NCBI GenBank assembly: GCA_054600435.1
Contig: BAAIJX010000001.1
Span: 620,001-684,000, forward strand
DNA: 64,000 nt
Direction of reading: 5' to 3'
Source: Neophaeotheca triangularis
Taxonomy: Eukaryota
Numbering within the stretch: position 1 is the stretch's first letter; each line of letters opens with the position of its first letter. The translations under genes were made by a program, and so were the position numbers. Below, piece by piece: positions 54,584 to 64,000 of the stretch. The notes under the pieces were generated by a model. That model worked only from the letters and a program-made list of their open reading frames with translations, had not been told where the DNA came from and did no database searches.

Positions 54584-55741
54584 TCACCCTCCGTCTGCGG
54601 CAGCCTCTTTGCGCCGAATCTCATCCTCCAGCCGCTTCTTCTCGGCGTTGCGAAGCCGGATATGCATCAACTCCTCATTGGTAGGGGTATTGGGAGCACG
54701 GCTGGCGGAAGCTTTGAACGAGCCAAAGGAGGGTTTGGATTTCAAGCCATGGGCGCCGGGAGTCGAGGGGTTGAATTTGAAAGACGTGGAAGCTGGAGTT
54801 CCCGGCGTGGTGGTCGAGGCGGGTTTAGGAGTACTCGGTGTGGAGGGCTGGGTCGGAGTGACGGGGCTTTCGGATGGGTTTTTGGGTTGAGGGAGGAAGT
54901 CGGGGGCTTTTCCCATGCCCCAGGCGACGCTGTGGTAGCTTTGGAGACGAGGGTCGGTAGCTTTGTGGCGCTCGAAGTCGGTCACGGCTGCGTGGGCGCC
55001 TACGATGCTTTGGTAGATTATGGCGGCTGTGTGGAAATGTTGCCGGTGTTTGGAGCCTGCAGTTTTGATCTTCTTCTCGCCGAGTGTGAGAGATTCTTCG
55101 ATGGGGCCGAAGCGCGCGAAGGCCTTTTCTAACTTCTCTTGAGAAACGAGCGAGGCGTCTTCGGTGGTCGGTAAGCGGACTTCAACGGTGCGGTGTTCCA
55201 TAGCTACCGAGCCTTGCGTTCCCTGTTTGCCATTCGAGGTCTCACCAGCATCCTCCACATACTCTCCCTTCGCCTTCTTCCTCTCAATCCGCTCCTCTTC
55301 CCGCTGCAGCGCCTTCATCTCGTCCATAGCCCGTCGCCTCCTCTGAGTGTCTTCCCGCAACCGCTCCAACTTCCTCTCGTAATCGGCCTCCGTTTTCTGC
55401 CTCTTGGCACCTTCATTCTCGCGCCTTTCCAGATCCTCCACCATGGATTTGCGCTTCCCATTCAGAGCCTCGGTGCGCGCCGCCTTTTCGCGGTGGGCGC
55501 GGCGTATTGCATCGTAGCGTTCCTTGACGGCAGGGTCTGATAGAGCATCGTAGGCGATTTGCAGCAGGTGAAACTTGTCGAGCGTTTCTGTGTTGTCAGG
55601 GCCCACCTTATCCGGATGGTATTTCAGGGCGGTCTTGCGGTATGCGGTGCGGATCTCAGTTTCGCTGGAGCCCTCGTTGACTCCGAGGAGCTCATAAAAG
55701 TCGTGAGGGCTTTCTGCCGCATCTTCGCTGTCGTTTGCCAT
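54584..55741 (-). CDS. CWC23: J-domain splicing factor Cwc23/Cwf23 (DNAJC17-like)
   Basis: DFYELLG...YRKTALKYHPDK J domain, DLERRE coil, degenerate RRM, C-terminal RLRNAEKKRLEDEIRR. Confidence 0.85.
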   Translation of the reverse strand: MANDSEDAAESPHDFYELLGVNEGSSETEIRTAYRKTALKYHPDKVGPDNTETLDKFHLLQIAYDALSDPAVKERYDAIRRAHREKAARTEALNGKRKSMVEDLERRENEGAKRQKTEADYERKLERLREDTQRRRRAMDEMKALQREEERIERKKAKGEYVEDAGETSNGKQGTQGSVAMEHRTVEVRLPTTEDASLVSQEKLEKAFARFGPIEESLTLGEKKIKTAGSKHRQHFHTAAIIYQSIVGAHAAVTDFERHKATDPRLQSYHSVAWGMGKAPDFLPQPKNPSESPVTPTQPSTPSTPKPASTTTPGTPASTSFKFNPSTPGAHGLKSKPSFGSFKASASRAPNTPTNEELMHIRLRNAEKKRLEDEIRRKEAAADGG

Positions 55742-56235
55742 GGTAGTTGCGGGTTGAAGGCTCCGGTTCGTGCTCACTCATAAGTAGGAGTAGTGTAGCT
55801 AGGTAGTCGAGGTATCTAGATAGAGATCATAGTAGATAAGATAAGATAAGATAAGATCATCACGTCTATCTCGTCTACCCGAGTTTTAAGCGGTGACTAG
55901 CAACTGCTGCAACGACAAGCTCTCCATCACGACCACTTTCACCGACGCGCTGCTCTTATAACCTTTTGTCACTTCCCTCCTCTCACCACCCTTGAGCGCC
56001 CACGACATCTCTTTCTATCAATCACTGACGGTCGCCAGACCAACACCTTCACAGACCGTTGTATTCCACAACGACCACAATAACAACACCACAATCATCA
56101 TCACCAGAAAGCTGCCTTATTCTTCCACCCAGCCGCAGTCCGCCTACGCGCCCGGGCGGATCGCTGCTCCTCGCTGCCTCTCGTCAATCGGCGACGTGGA
56201 AATGCTGCAAAGCCCATCACGCGACACTGGACAAC

Positions 56236-59200
56236 ATGGCAGAGCCAAAGATGGCACTAGCTGATTGGCTCGACGATTTAACCGTTCGCTTCATCCTTAA
56301 CCTCCCCCCAGGCGAGCTTTCAAGTGTACCGCGCTTGTGCTTCCAGGTAGAAGAGGCGCAATGGTTCTACGAAGATTTCGTGCGCCCGGCTGCGGCCGTC
56401 GAAGGCGACCAGCTACCTTCGCTCAACCTGCGCGCATTCGCCCTCCTTTTATTCCAACACTGCCCGCTCTTCTCTGACTTCACCCCGGCACAGCACCTAG
56501 AAGCTTACGAAGAGTTTTTAGCCTACAAGGTGCGCGTGCCCGTGCGAGGCGCTATCTTGCTCGACGAAGCTATGAATCACGCGCTGTTGGTACGTGGCTG
56601 GAAAAAGGGCTCTAGTTGGGCTTTTCCAAGGGGCAAAATCAACAAAGACGAAAAGGATCTTGATTGCGCTATTCGTGAAGTCTACGAAGAGACGGGCTAC
56701 GACATCAAAGCTGCTGGGCTGGTGCCCGACGACGAGGACAACGCCAAATTCATCGACGTGACTATGAAGGGACAGCATGTCAGACTTTACGTGTTTCGCG
56801 GTGTTCCACTCAATACGTACTTTGAGCCACGAACCAGGAAGGAGATTAGTAAGATCCAATGGTATCGGGTTCAAACTCTACCCGGCTTTAAGAAGGCAAA
56901 GGCACAGGTACACGATACCGATGGTGAGGCTGTGAATACGAACAAATTCTACATGATTGCACCTTTTCTTGGTCAATTAAAGAAATGGATTGCGCAACAA
57001 CGCAAACAGGATAAGCAGCAGACCAACATGGTGACGGAAGAAGAGCAGAATATGGAGGAAGAAGGGGCTGTCGAGTCGGACGCTGCGGATCTACTAAACA
57101 AGTTGCAAGGCGCCCGTGCTGAAGCACCGCATGATCAGGCTACCGCCTCTGCAGGCATGTCACACGATGCAAATGCCGGAAGTACGCTTCTGGCTATGTT
57201 GCAAGGCGGACCTACACAACCCACGAACATAGGTATTCCACAGACTCCATTGGACCAGATCAACCAGTTCCCTCATCAACCCGAAACGCCACAGCCTCGC
57301 CACCCTAAACAACAATCAGTAGGCTACCCTCAAGCTCCGCCTCAGTTTCCGTACTCGCCTTCACATTTTCAACACCTGCAGCAACAGCAGAGGCCATCGC
57401 TTCCCACCCCAAGTGTGTTCGGCCAAGGCAATCACGGTGGGTTTCCCCAAGGACCGAGCCCCCACCTCCATGGCCACCCAAACCTGCAAAATCAATATCG
57501 TCAAAGCATGCAAGGTCCTTTTACCGGAAACGGCACAATACCCGAACCCAGCATGCCCTTCACCAATGGACCACAGAATCATCCTCAGCCTCCAGTACAG
57601 CCTCAAATGCCACAAGAGAATCTGCAGCAGCCTCACTGGACCCAAAGGATGCAGTCAGAAGATTTCGGTGCAGTCGGGGGTGGTTCGAACGCTCCGCGGG
57701 CTTCGGAGGTTCCAATGCCTCATCTAAGTACACAGGCTGCGAACTTGTTGAACGCCTTCAAGAGCGGCAATAGCACTAACTGCTCGACATCCGCTTACAC
57801 GGCCCAGCAAACTTCTCGCACGGGAAGTACCCAACAGTCGGCGCTTCTCGATCTTTTCAACAAGCCCTCTACTGCGCAGACACAGCCTGCCCAAGCGGCA
57901 GAAACGCCCGTCCAAACAGAGGCAGTGCCAAGCGCGGCTGCCGAGGAGAGTAAAGCAGCGCCTGCGAGAGATACCGTGCAAGAACTCGCAGCAACGGTGA
58001 TTCCTCCGGGTGAGCCGACACAGACTCAATCACAGAAGGAATCCGAGCCAGTTGCGCCCCCGCCCCCACAAGATGAAATTCACGAGACCTTCAAGCAGAC
58101 TGTCGCAAAAGGCCCGTTAGGCTCGCGCCGGAAGACTGTAAAGGTTCAGCATTCAATCCATGACGGTTCAGGGTCGCGAAAAGTGGAGTCACTCCCTGTA
58201 GAGGAGAAACAGAAGAATAATAGTGGAGCCACTGGCAATGATAGTTCGAATGATTTGCAAGGTGACGAAGCTAACGGGCATACGTCGCAAACGTCAAAAA
58301 CGCCGAAGAAGCCAAGCAACGCTCGCCGAGACGGAAAGTCAGAAGGACGAGCAAACCCACCACGTTCGGCAGATGCTACCAAGGCAAGCTCCGAGCCTCC
58401 TATTCAACTGGCCCCTGACGCCCCCCGTCCATCGGAGAAGAATGGTGGACGTAAGCAGCTCTTTGATCCTGCAAACCCGACACAAACATCCAGGGCGAAA
58501 CCTCAAGAGGCACAGAAGCCAGTAACGCTCGCTCAAAGGCCTGCCTCTCAACGGCGAGGCCAGTCACCGAAGCCCAAAGCCTCGACACCGACCAAGGCGC
58601 CCTCCACAAAGCCAGACCAGAACGGTGCACTTACACCCTCGTTCACAATCCTCCAGCGTCCTGGGTCCGCTCACGGAAAGGCCACGGATTCCAAAGATCC
58701 TTCAGCTGCCTCTGCCCAACCGCAGCTTCTGAAACGACCAACTACGCCCGCGGAGCACAAACCCTCGCCACTGTCCGTCTCAACACAAGCTAGCGAAAAG
58801 CCGGTGCAGCCATCCGGAGACAAAAAGGACGACCTCCTTGCCTTGCTAAGCGGCAAAGCCTCTCCAGCACCACCGCAAGCCTGCCCGAACCCTCCAGCGG
58901 CGCCCCAGCTCGAGCCCACGCGCTCACATAACCGTCCAAGCGACGCCGGCTCCGAGAGCCAAAAGAATGCCCTCCTAGGCCTCTTCGGCGCTTCGAAAGC
59001 CCCATCGCCGCAACCTGCAACCTCACCACAGCCCACAACCTCACCCCCTCAAACCCAACAAGCCACCCACGCCTTCCCCCCGCGCAAAACCTCCGCCCCC
59101 ACCAACACCCGCCAATCCGCCCTCCTAGACCTCTTCACCAAACCCGGCAGCCCCAGCACCTCAGCCGCGGCAACGCCCATCTCGCCCTTCACCCTCGTCG

Positions 59201-59433
59201 GAGGAGGAGGCGGGCACGGAAGTGGAAGCGGAATACACACGCCACGCTTCGAAACGCAGCAGAACCCGAATTTGCGCGAGAGTCGATTTAACAGTGTAGT
59301 TTCTGCTGGAAGTGGGGGGAGTCGGAGAGCCAGTGGTGCGGGGACACCGGTTAGTCCTGAGGATCAGAAGGATTTTTTGATGGGGTATTTGAATGGGGTT
59401 ATTGGGAAGGAGGGGGGCGCGGGGAAGAAATAG
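56236..59433 (+). CDS. DCP2: mRNA decapping enzyme Dcp2
   Basis: WLDDLTVRFILNLP, FQVEEAQWFYEDF, Nudix box FPRGKINKDE...AIREVYEETG, RKEISKIQWY; long disordered tail. Confidence 0.95.
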   Translation: MAEPKMALADWLDDLTVRFILNLPPGELSSVPRLCFQVEEAQWFYEDFVRPAAAVEGDQLPSLNLRAFALLLFQHCPLFSDFTPAQHLEAYEEFLAYKVRVPVRGAILLDEAMNHALLVRGWKKGSSWAFPRGKINKDEKDLDCAIREVYEETGYDIKAAGLVPDDEDNAKFIDVTMKGQHVRLYVFRGVPLNTYFEPRTRKEISKIQWYRVQTLPGFKKAKAQVHDTDGEAVNTNKFYMIAPFLGQLKKWIAQQRKQDKQQTNMVTEEEQNMEEEGAVESDAADLLNKLQGARAEAPHDQATASAGMSHDANAGSTLLAMLQGGPTQPTNIGIPQTPLDQINQFPHQPETPQPRHPKQQSVGYPQAPPQFPYSPSHFQHLQQQQRPSLPTPSVFGQGNHGGFPQGPSPHLHGHPNLQNQYRQSMQGPFTGNGTIPEPSMPFTNGPQNHPQPPVQPQMPQENLQQPHWTQRMQSEDFGAVGGGSNAPRASEVPMPHLSTQAANLLNAFKSGNSTNCSTSAYTAQQTSRTGSTQQSALLDLFNKPSTAQTQPAQAAETPVQTEAVPSAAAEESKAAPARDTVQELAATVIPPGEPTQTQSQKESEPVAPPPPQDEIHETFKQTVAKGPLGSRRKTVKVQHSIHDGSGSRKVESLPVEEKQKNNSGATGNDSSNDLQGDEANGHTSQTSKTPKKPSNARRDGKSEGRANPPRSADATKASSEPPIQLAPDAPRPSEKNGGRKQLFDPANPTQTSRAKPQEAQKPVTLAQRPASQRRGQSPKPKASTPTKAPSTKPDQNGALTPSFTILQRPGSAHGKATDSKDPSAASAQPQLLKRPTTPAEHKPSPLSVSTQASEKPVQPSGDKKDDLLALLSGKASPAPPQACPNPPAAPQLEPTRSHNRPSDAGSESQKNALLGLFGASKAPSPQPATSPQPTTSPPQTQQATHAFPPRKTSAPTNTRQSALLDLFTKPGSPSTSAAATPISPFTLVGGGGGHGSGSGIHTPRFETQQNPNLRESRFNSVVSAGSGGSRRASGAGTPVSPEDQKDFLMGYLNGVIGKEGGAGKK

Positions 59434-59927
59434 GTGTGAAATTGGATTGCGGTGAGGCTGGCGAGGGAAGGAAGGTACGAAGGATGGTGCGGGCTTAGTG
59501 AGGTTTTAACATGCGGTGATGAAGCAGAATTCACCCATCATTTGACAACCCATGCTGATTGTTCTTGAGAATTCTCGCGCAAGCGGACATTGTTTCCGGA
59601 TTAGTTGAGCGTGTGTGCAAAGTGTGTTTCTGTTCGTTCACAGGGCTCGGAATTGCTGGTAGTATCTATCTATCCATTCCGTCCGCCTTTCGTCCCATCT
59701 CATACTTCATATATGTCGTTTGTCGTGTCAAATCGCGCAGTGCAGTAGCCATATGTAGAGCCCCTCCTCTAGCCGGGGTCCCGGGGCAGCAAAAGCAAAC
59801 AAACTCATAACGCCCCGAAGCCCTCTCATTCCCCACGCTCAGAACGCCGCAAACCAGCCAAAAGAAACCTGTTCATTCATCCATGTTGATCCATCCATGC
59901 ATCCACCCAGCACTCAACACCCCCGCC

Positions 59928-61343
59928 TCAAATGCCCCCATAGCCCCTTCCCCCTTCCCTCCCATCATCCTCACACTCAATCAACGCCTCCCTCTCCCCA
60001 TCCCCACGCCCATCTCCAGATCCAGAACTCACACTCGGCACCCAGCCACGCATCCATCCACTAACCCGCCTCCACCGCCACCTGCCGCCACCCCTCCCCT
60101 CAACGCCCTCGACAACGACAACAGCCCCACCACCACCACCACCATCACACTCGCCCCTCCCGCCATAGACCCAAAACTGCACCCCGACGCTCGCGTCCAG
60201 CCCAAGCACCCCCGCTGCTCCCAGAAAGAACGGCAGGACTGCTAGAACGAAGCCGGCTCGCTCGGAGGCTTGCGGTCCCACCCAGCCGTGGCAGCCGTGC
60301 GCGGGGTAGCTGTTCCAGACTCGAGGGTTGGCGGCGAGGGCGGAAGCGTAGAAGAGGTTTCCGAAGAAGGCTGCGAGGAAGAGGTGGGGGGAGAGGCCGG
60401 TTGTGGATTTTCGGGAGTAGTTTTTTAGGAGTTGCGGGAGGCGGGAGATGAGGTAGAGGGCGGCGGAGACCCAGGAGAGGAGGGTGCCGGCTTTTTCTAG
60501 TGGGGTTGGCGGGGTTGGGGTTGGGGTTTGGGAGGTAAGCGGGGTGGGGTGGGTGGGGAGTGGGTTTGCGTGGGTTAGGGCGACGAGGCAGGCTAGGAAG
60601 AGGATTGTCCGGGGTGAGGGGGAGGGGAAGGGGGAAGGGCTAGAGGTGCTTCCTCTTCCTCCCCCTCCCGCGCGGTGGATTGTTTTGCGGTTTGTGGGGA
60701 CGGAGGTGAGGCTGGAGGAGGGGGTGCGCTTTTCTTCGTCTTTGGTGAAGGTGGGTTGGCGGAAGATGACTTGTGGGCGAGCGGCTTTGTTATTATTATG
60801 GTGAGTTTCGTCTTTCGCGTTCGATTCTTGTCCTTCTAATTCAGCGAATGCGCCGTCTGTGAGTGGCCGCCCTTCGATCACGACTTGCTGCATCCCCTCC
60901 CCGGCACCGGTGTCGTTGTCATTCCCACCTTTGTTCCAGACTCTCCGCACCCTCTTGCCGTGTTTCAGCTTCTCGTACCAGAGCCACTGTCCCACTAGAC
61001 ACAGGTCCACGAAGACATAGTAGCAGCCTATTATGACCTGCCAGCTGGCTTGGTGGGTAAAGAGCGCTCCGAGCAAGTTTGAAATGTCACCCAAACACCA
61101 TTCTATGAGGAAAAAGGCGGACAAGCCGGAGGTGCTCTTGATGTTGTAGTTTTTGGCTATTTGCGGTAATTGGGCGAAGAGCCATGCGACTATGCTCAGA
61201 GTGCCGAGAGCGGTAGAGAGGAAGGCTAGGGGTGTTGGTACGCAGGTGTGAAAGGCGCTGCTGAAGCGAAGGAGGAAGTCGGTGGTGGGCTCGCAGTGCG
61301 CCGGGAGAGCTGGATGGAAGAATAGACCCGAGGAAGAGGTCAT
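59928..61343 (-). CDS. PQ-loop vacuolar amino acid transporter (Ypq/PQLC2 family)
   Basis: Two PQ-loop repeats (FAQLPQIAKNY, ISRLPQLLKNY) with surrounding TM helices. Confidence 0.9.
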   Translation of the reverse strand: MTSSSGLFFHPALPAHCEPTTDFLLRFSSAFHTCVPTPLAFLSTALGTLSIVAWLFAQLPQIAKNYNIKSTSGLSAFFLIEWCLGDISNLLGALFTHQASWQVIIGCYYVFVDLCLVGQWLWYEKLKHGKRVRRVWNKGGNDNDTGAGEGMQQVVIEGRPLTDGAFAELEGQESNAKDETHHNNNKAARPQVIFRQPTFTKDEEKRTPSSSLTSVPTNRKTIHRAGGGGRGSTSSPSPFPSPSPRTILFLACLVALTHANPLPTHPTPLTSQTPTPTPPTPLEKAGTLLSWVSAALYLISRLPQLLKNYSRKSTTGLSPHLFLAAFFGNLFYASALAANPRVWNSYPAHGCHGWVGPQASERAGFVLAVLPFFLGAAGVLGLDASVGVQFWVYGGRGECDGGGGGGAVVVVEGVEGRGGGRWRWRRVSGWMRGWVPSVSSGSGDGRGDGEREALIECEDDGREGGRGYGGI

Positions 61344-61684
61344 GGTCGGGGGTTTGAGGCGGCGGGGTCAACTATTTGTCGTTGTCGTTGTCGTTTGGTG
61401 ATGCCGTATATTTTGTAATAATTGACTGGACGCCGTGAGACGTCCAGATGGGTTCGTTTGTCCCCACCTTACGCCTGACGACAATTCGTCGCACAATCTA
61501 CCTCCTAAACAAGTGCGGATCGATAGGGATAGCCTAATCCAAGGCTCCTCGGGTCGTCTATATCTGCTCTACTCAAGCCGTAGCGTTTACCCGTGGAATA
61601 TTTCTGGATTGATAGGGCGGGGGCGGGAAGTAGGAGATGGCGAATAGAAGGAAGAGTAATAAGAAGTAAGAAAGGAGGAGACGA

Positions 61685-61710
61685 AAGAGGGAGGGAGGGA
61701 GAGAGGGAGT

Positions 61711-61762
<52 letters not shown>
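61685..61762. repeat. (GA)n microsatellite in a purine tract
   Basis: Visible long gagaga run. Confidence 0.95.
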
Positions 61763-61764
<2 letters not shown>

Positions 61765-62012
61765 TAAGAAGAAAGGGAAGACAGTGACGCCCCTACCTTA
61801 GTTAGCAGTGACTCGAGGACATGATTAAGCGAACAAAGTCGAGGCGAGCGAGACCTGTTGCTTGTCTATCTATCTCGCCGGCGGTCTGGGTATCAGTGTC
61901 GAGGATAGGTACAGGTGGGTAGCACGCGCGCGGTGGGAGGATGGATGGATGACAACCCCCACTACTACGTGATAGAGAGATAAGGAAGTACCTTAGGTAC
62001 ATACAGTAAGTA

Positions 62013-63113
62013 GGGAAATTCTAATCACTGTCCCACCTGTGATCGGATCTCCCTGCCGATCGGGCCGGGGATCCACCGACCCACTAAAATTGGGAGAGCT
62101 TTGCGATGTCGGTCCCGCCAAGGTGGGCGCCATTGAGTCGCGTCAGGTACGTATCGAGTCGCGCCCGCGACAACATATCACCATATCGCCATACTACTAT
62201 ACTACTATACTACTATACCACTATGTCGTAGGCTACTTACGAGGCTTATATCTTTAACCTAGACGCTCCCCTTAACACTAAGGACAGTCTACCTACGCCT
62301 ATACCTACGCTAATAGACCTTACTACTACTTTAGACGATGAAATACCGCTAAATCTTGAAGTAATAGAGGGATTTAAGGACCTACTAGTACTACTACTAC
62401 CCCTAGAGGCTACGTATACATCTTAGGAGGCCTATATTAAGGTAGCCTAGGTATAGTTAGTATAAGAAGGTTATGCCTTAGTCCTAGGCTACTAGTATAA
62501 GTATAATAAGGAAAGAAAGTAGTACTAGAAGTAGCTCGTCTATATGCACTATAGTAAATATCGCGACTAAAAGGGCTTTAAAGACTACGAGTATAAGTAG
62601 TAACGACTAGTACGAGGTTATAAGGCTCTTAATTGTCCTATAAGAGTCCAAATCAATATAGTAGATATTAATAACCCTAGCGGTCTATAGTAGCTTAAAC
62701 ACTATGTCTTAGAGTATAACTATAGCCGCTCTAGAGCTCGTAGTTATACTCTTTATTGTCGAGAGGCTCGTCGCCCTTATAAGACTACAATCTACTAGTC
62801 ATTAGCTACTAGTATTAGTCCTAACTAGATCTTATAATAGCTTAATGACTAGGGGTGTCTATAGATAGTAAAGGACATTTATAACGAAGGAACAAGAGCT
62901 CGTACTACACTCCTTACTAGCTACCCTCCTACTATCCGTCTATTTATAGAGTTCGACCGTCTTAATATTTACTAGCGAAGAGACATTAATCTATCTACTA
63001 GGTAGATCAAGCGGCTTCTTATAGTTAATCTAAAGTCACTAGAGCACTTAAAGTAGTACCCTAATATACTACTCCTTAACTATACCTATAAGACTAATAA
63101 GTATAACTAGCCT
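62013..63113 (+). mobile_element. RIP-inactivated, 3'-truncated Mutator-like (MULE) transposon; transposase remnant about 62335-63113
   Basis: One frame reads PLEATYTS*EA...EGYAL...CPIRV...LEYNY...ISPN*IL...KDIYNE...YPNILLLNYTYKTNKYN, with many TAG/TAA codons where CAG/CAA/TGG are expected; reverting TpA gives EHNH and LLDCTYKTNKY, characteristic of FAR1/MULE transposases. Left end at GGGAAATT (62013) is a guess. Confidence 0.8.
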
Positions 63114-64000
63114 TCGTCTAGAAAACCCTCTAGGCGCGTCTTACCGTATCCGCCGCTTCCTACCGCGTAACGCGGTAGACATAGTGGAGGGTTTTAATGC
63201 GACCCCCTATGTAGGCCTTCGCGTTATGTAGTACGCTTCGTGTAACGCGAGACATGTCAAAAAACATAGTTAGAATAACATTTCGCTACCCTTCATAATT
63301 TACATCACCTTAATACCTATACCTTATTAAAGCTATTACATGTCACATCTATTATCGCTAACCTATATACTACTAACACCTTACCCTCGTTCTACTATAC
63401 CCTAATAGCGTAGATACTTCTAGGAACTCTTCGAACTTATTAGTACCTAGTATTTTTCCCTTACTCCCCTTAATATGAGTCCGTGATTCCTTATGAACTA
63501 GTTACTGAACTAGAACCCGAATCAGTTCATAAGTTAGGTACTAGTTCATGAACTAGTTAAATTTCTGGTTCATAGGGTGTTCGACTTCGAAACTACCTAT
63601 ACGTTTTGTGGATTGGTCGTTATTAGGGTTATATAAGGCCTATACTGCTTATAGAGAGGCAATATATTGTTCCTAGGCGTTACTAAAATCAGATCCAAAT
63701 TATATAGTATAGTATTTACTCTTTAGACAATTCATCGTCTATATCTACTTAGTATACCCTTAGTTTCCTACCCTTCACTACATTACCTTTAGCCTAAGAG
63801 TTCTTAATCGACTATAGTAATTCCTTATTAAAAGTAGCTTCCTTCCTCTCGTTAGTTCCCTTCCTGTCCTTTACTACATAATGCTAAAGATATCCCCCTT
63901 CTTCTAGGTCTATAGCCTTATTCAATCGCATTTCTATCGACGTCTATATCCCTAGATCGCGCTTAGAGAAATCCTAATAACCTTAGAAAGTAGTTGTTCC
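63114..64000. mobile_element. unclassified RIP-like repeat debris (nested element or LTR-like fragments)
   Basis: TpA-rich, CpA/TpG-poor composition, abrupt junction with the MULE frame, several inverted repeats, no ORFs in the track. Confidence 0.5.

Noticed and set aside
56059..56235. TTG-started N-terminal extension of Dcp2 (and similar GTG/TTG starts given for Mgm1, Tel1, Rrb1, Cwc23 and the Shg1-like gene)
   Set aside because: Artefacts of bacterial-style start calling; the downstream ATGs match conserved N-termini.

Overview
Gene-dense eukaryotic DNA from a filamentous ascomycete (inferred from short GT-AG introns with CTAAC/CTGAC branch points, the gene content and RIP-like damage; probably a Dothideomycete, not established). 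It carries about 23 protein-coding genes, mostly conserved housekeeping genes: arrestin-like, EB1/Bim1, DOMON-cytochrome b561, biotin synthase, Cyp60/PPIL2, Mgm1, Ste50, Rad5, NDUFAF6, Rrb1, Spg1/Tem1, a Gfo/Idh/MocA oxidoreductase, UPF0052, a complex I subunit, a Shg1/BOD1-domain protein, Tel1/ATM, Nup192, Cwc23, Dcp2 and a PQ-loop transporter. There is a U2 snRNA gene at about 14.0-14.2 kb, and the last 2 kb are RIP-mutated transposon debris, including a Mutator-like transposase. The best hidden signal is a 54-codon ORF (15227-15391) below the ORF-track cutoff. It encodes three GAPLSG-C-E-L-(Q/M) repeats separated by basic runs, consistent with a multi-repeat CaaX lipopeptide (a-class/hybrid-type) pheromone precursor, and it has a 5'-UTR intron and clustered HMG-box-like sites upstream. 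Other candidates: a small RGG-repeat protein ending in CCGCC, a 16/17-nt antisense copy of U2 upstream of U2, stop-free in-frame introns plus a possible CUG-initiated extension in ste50, and a Kex2-like site flanked by a spare Cys pair in the DOMON-b561 protein. Exon boundaries were read by eye; no searches were run.
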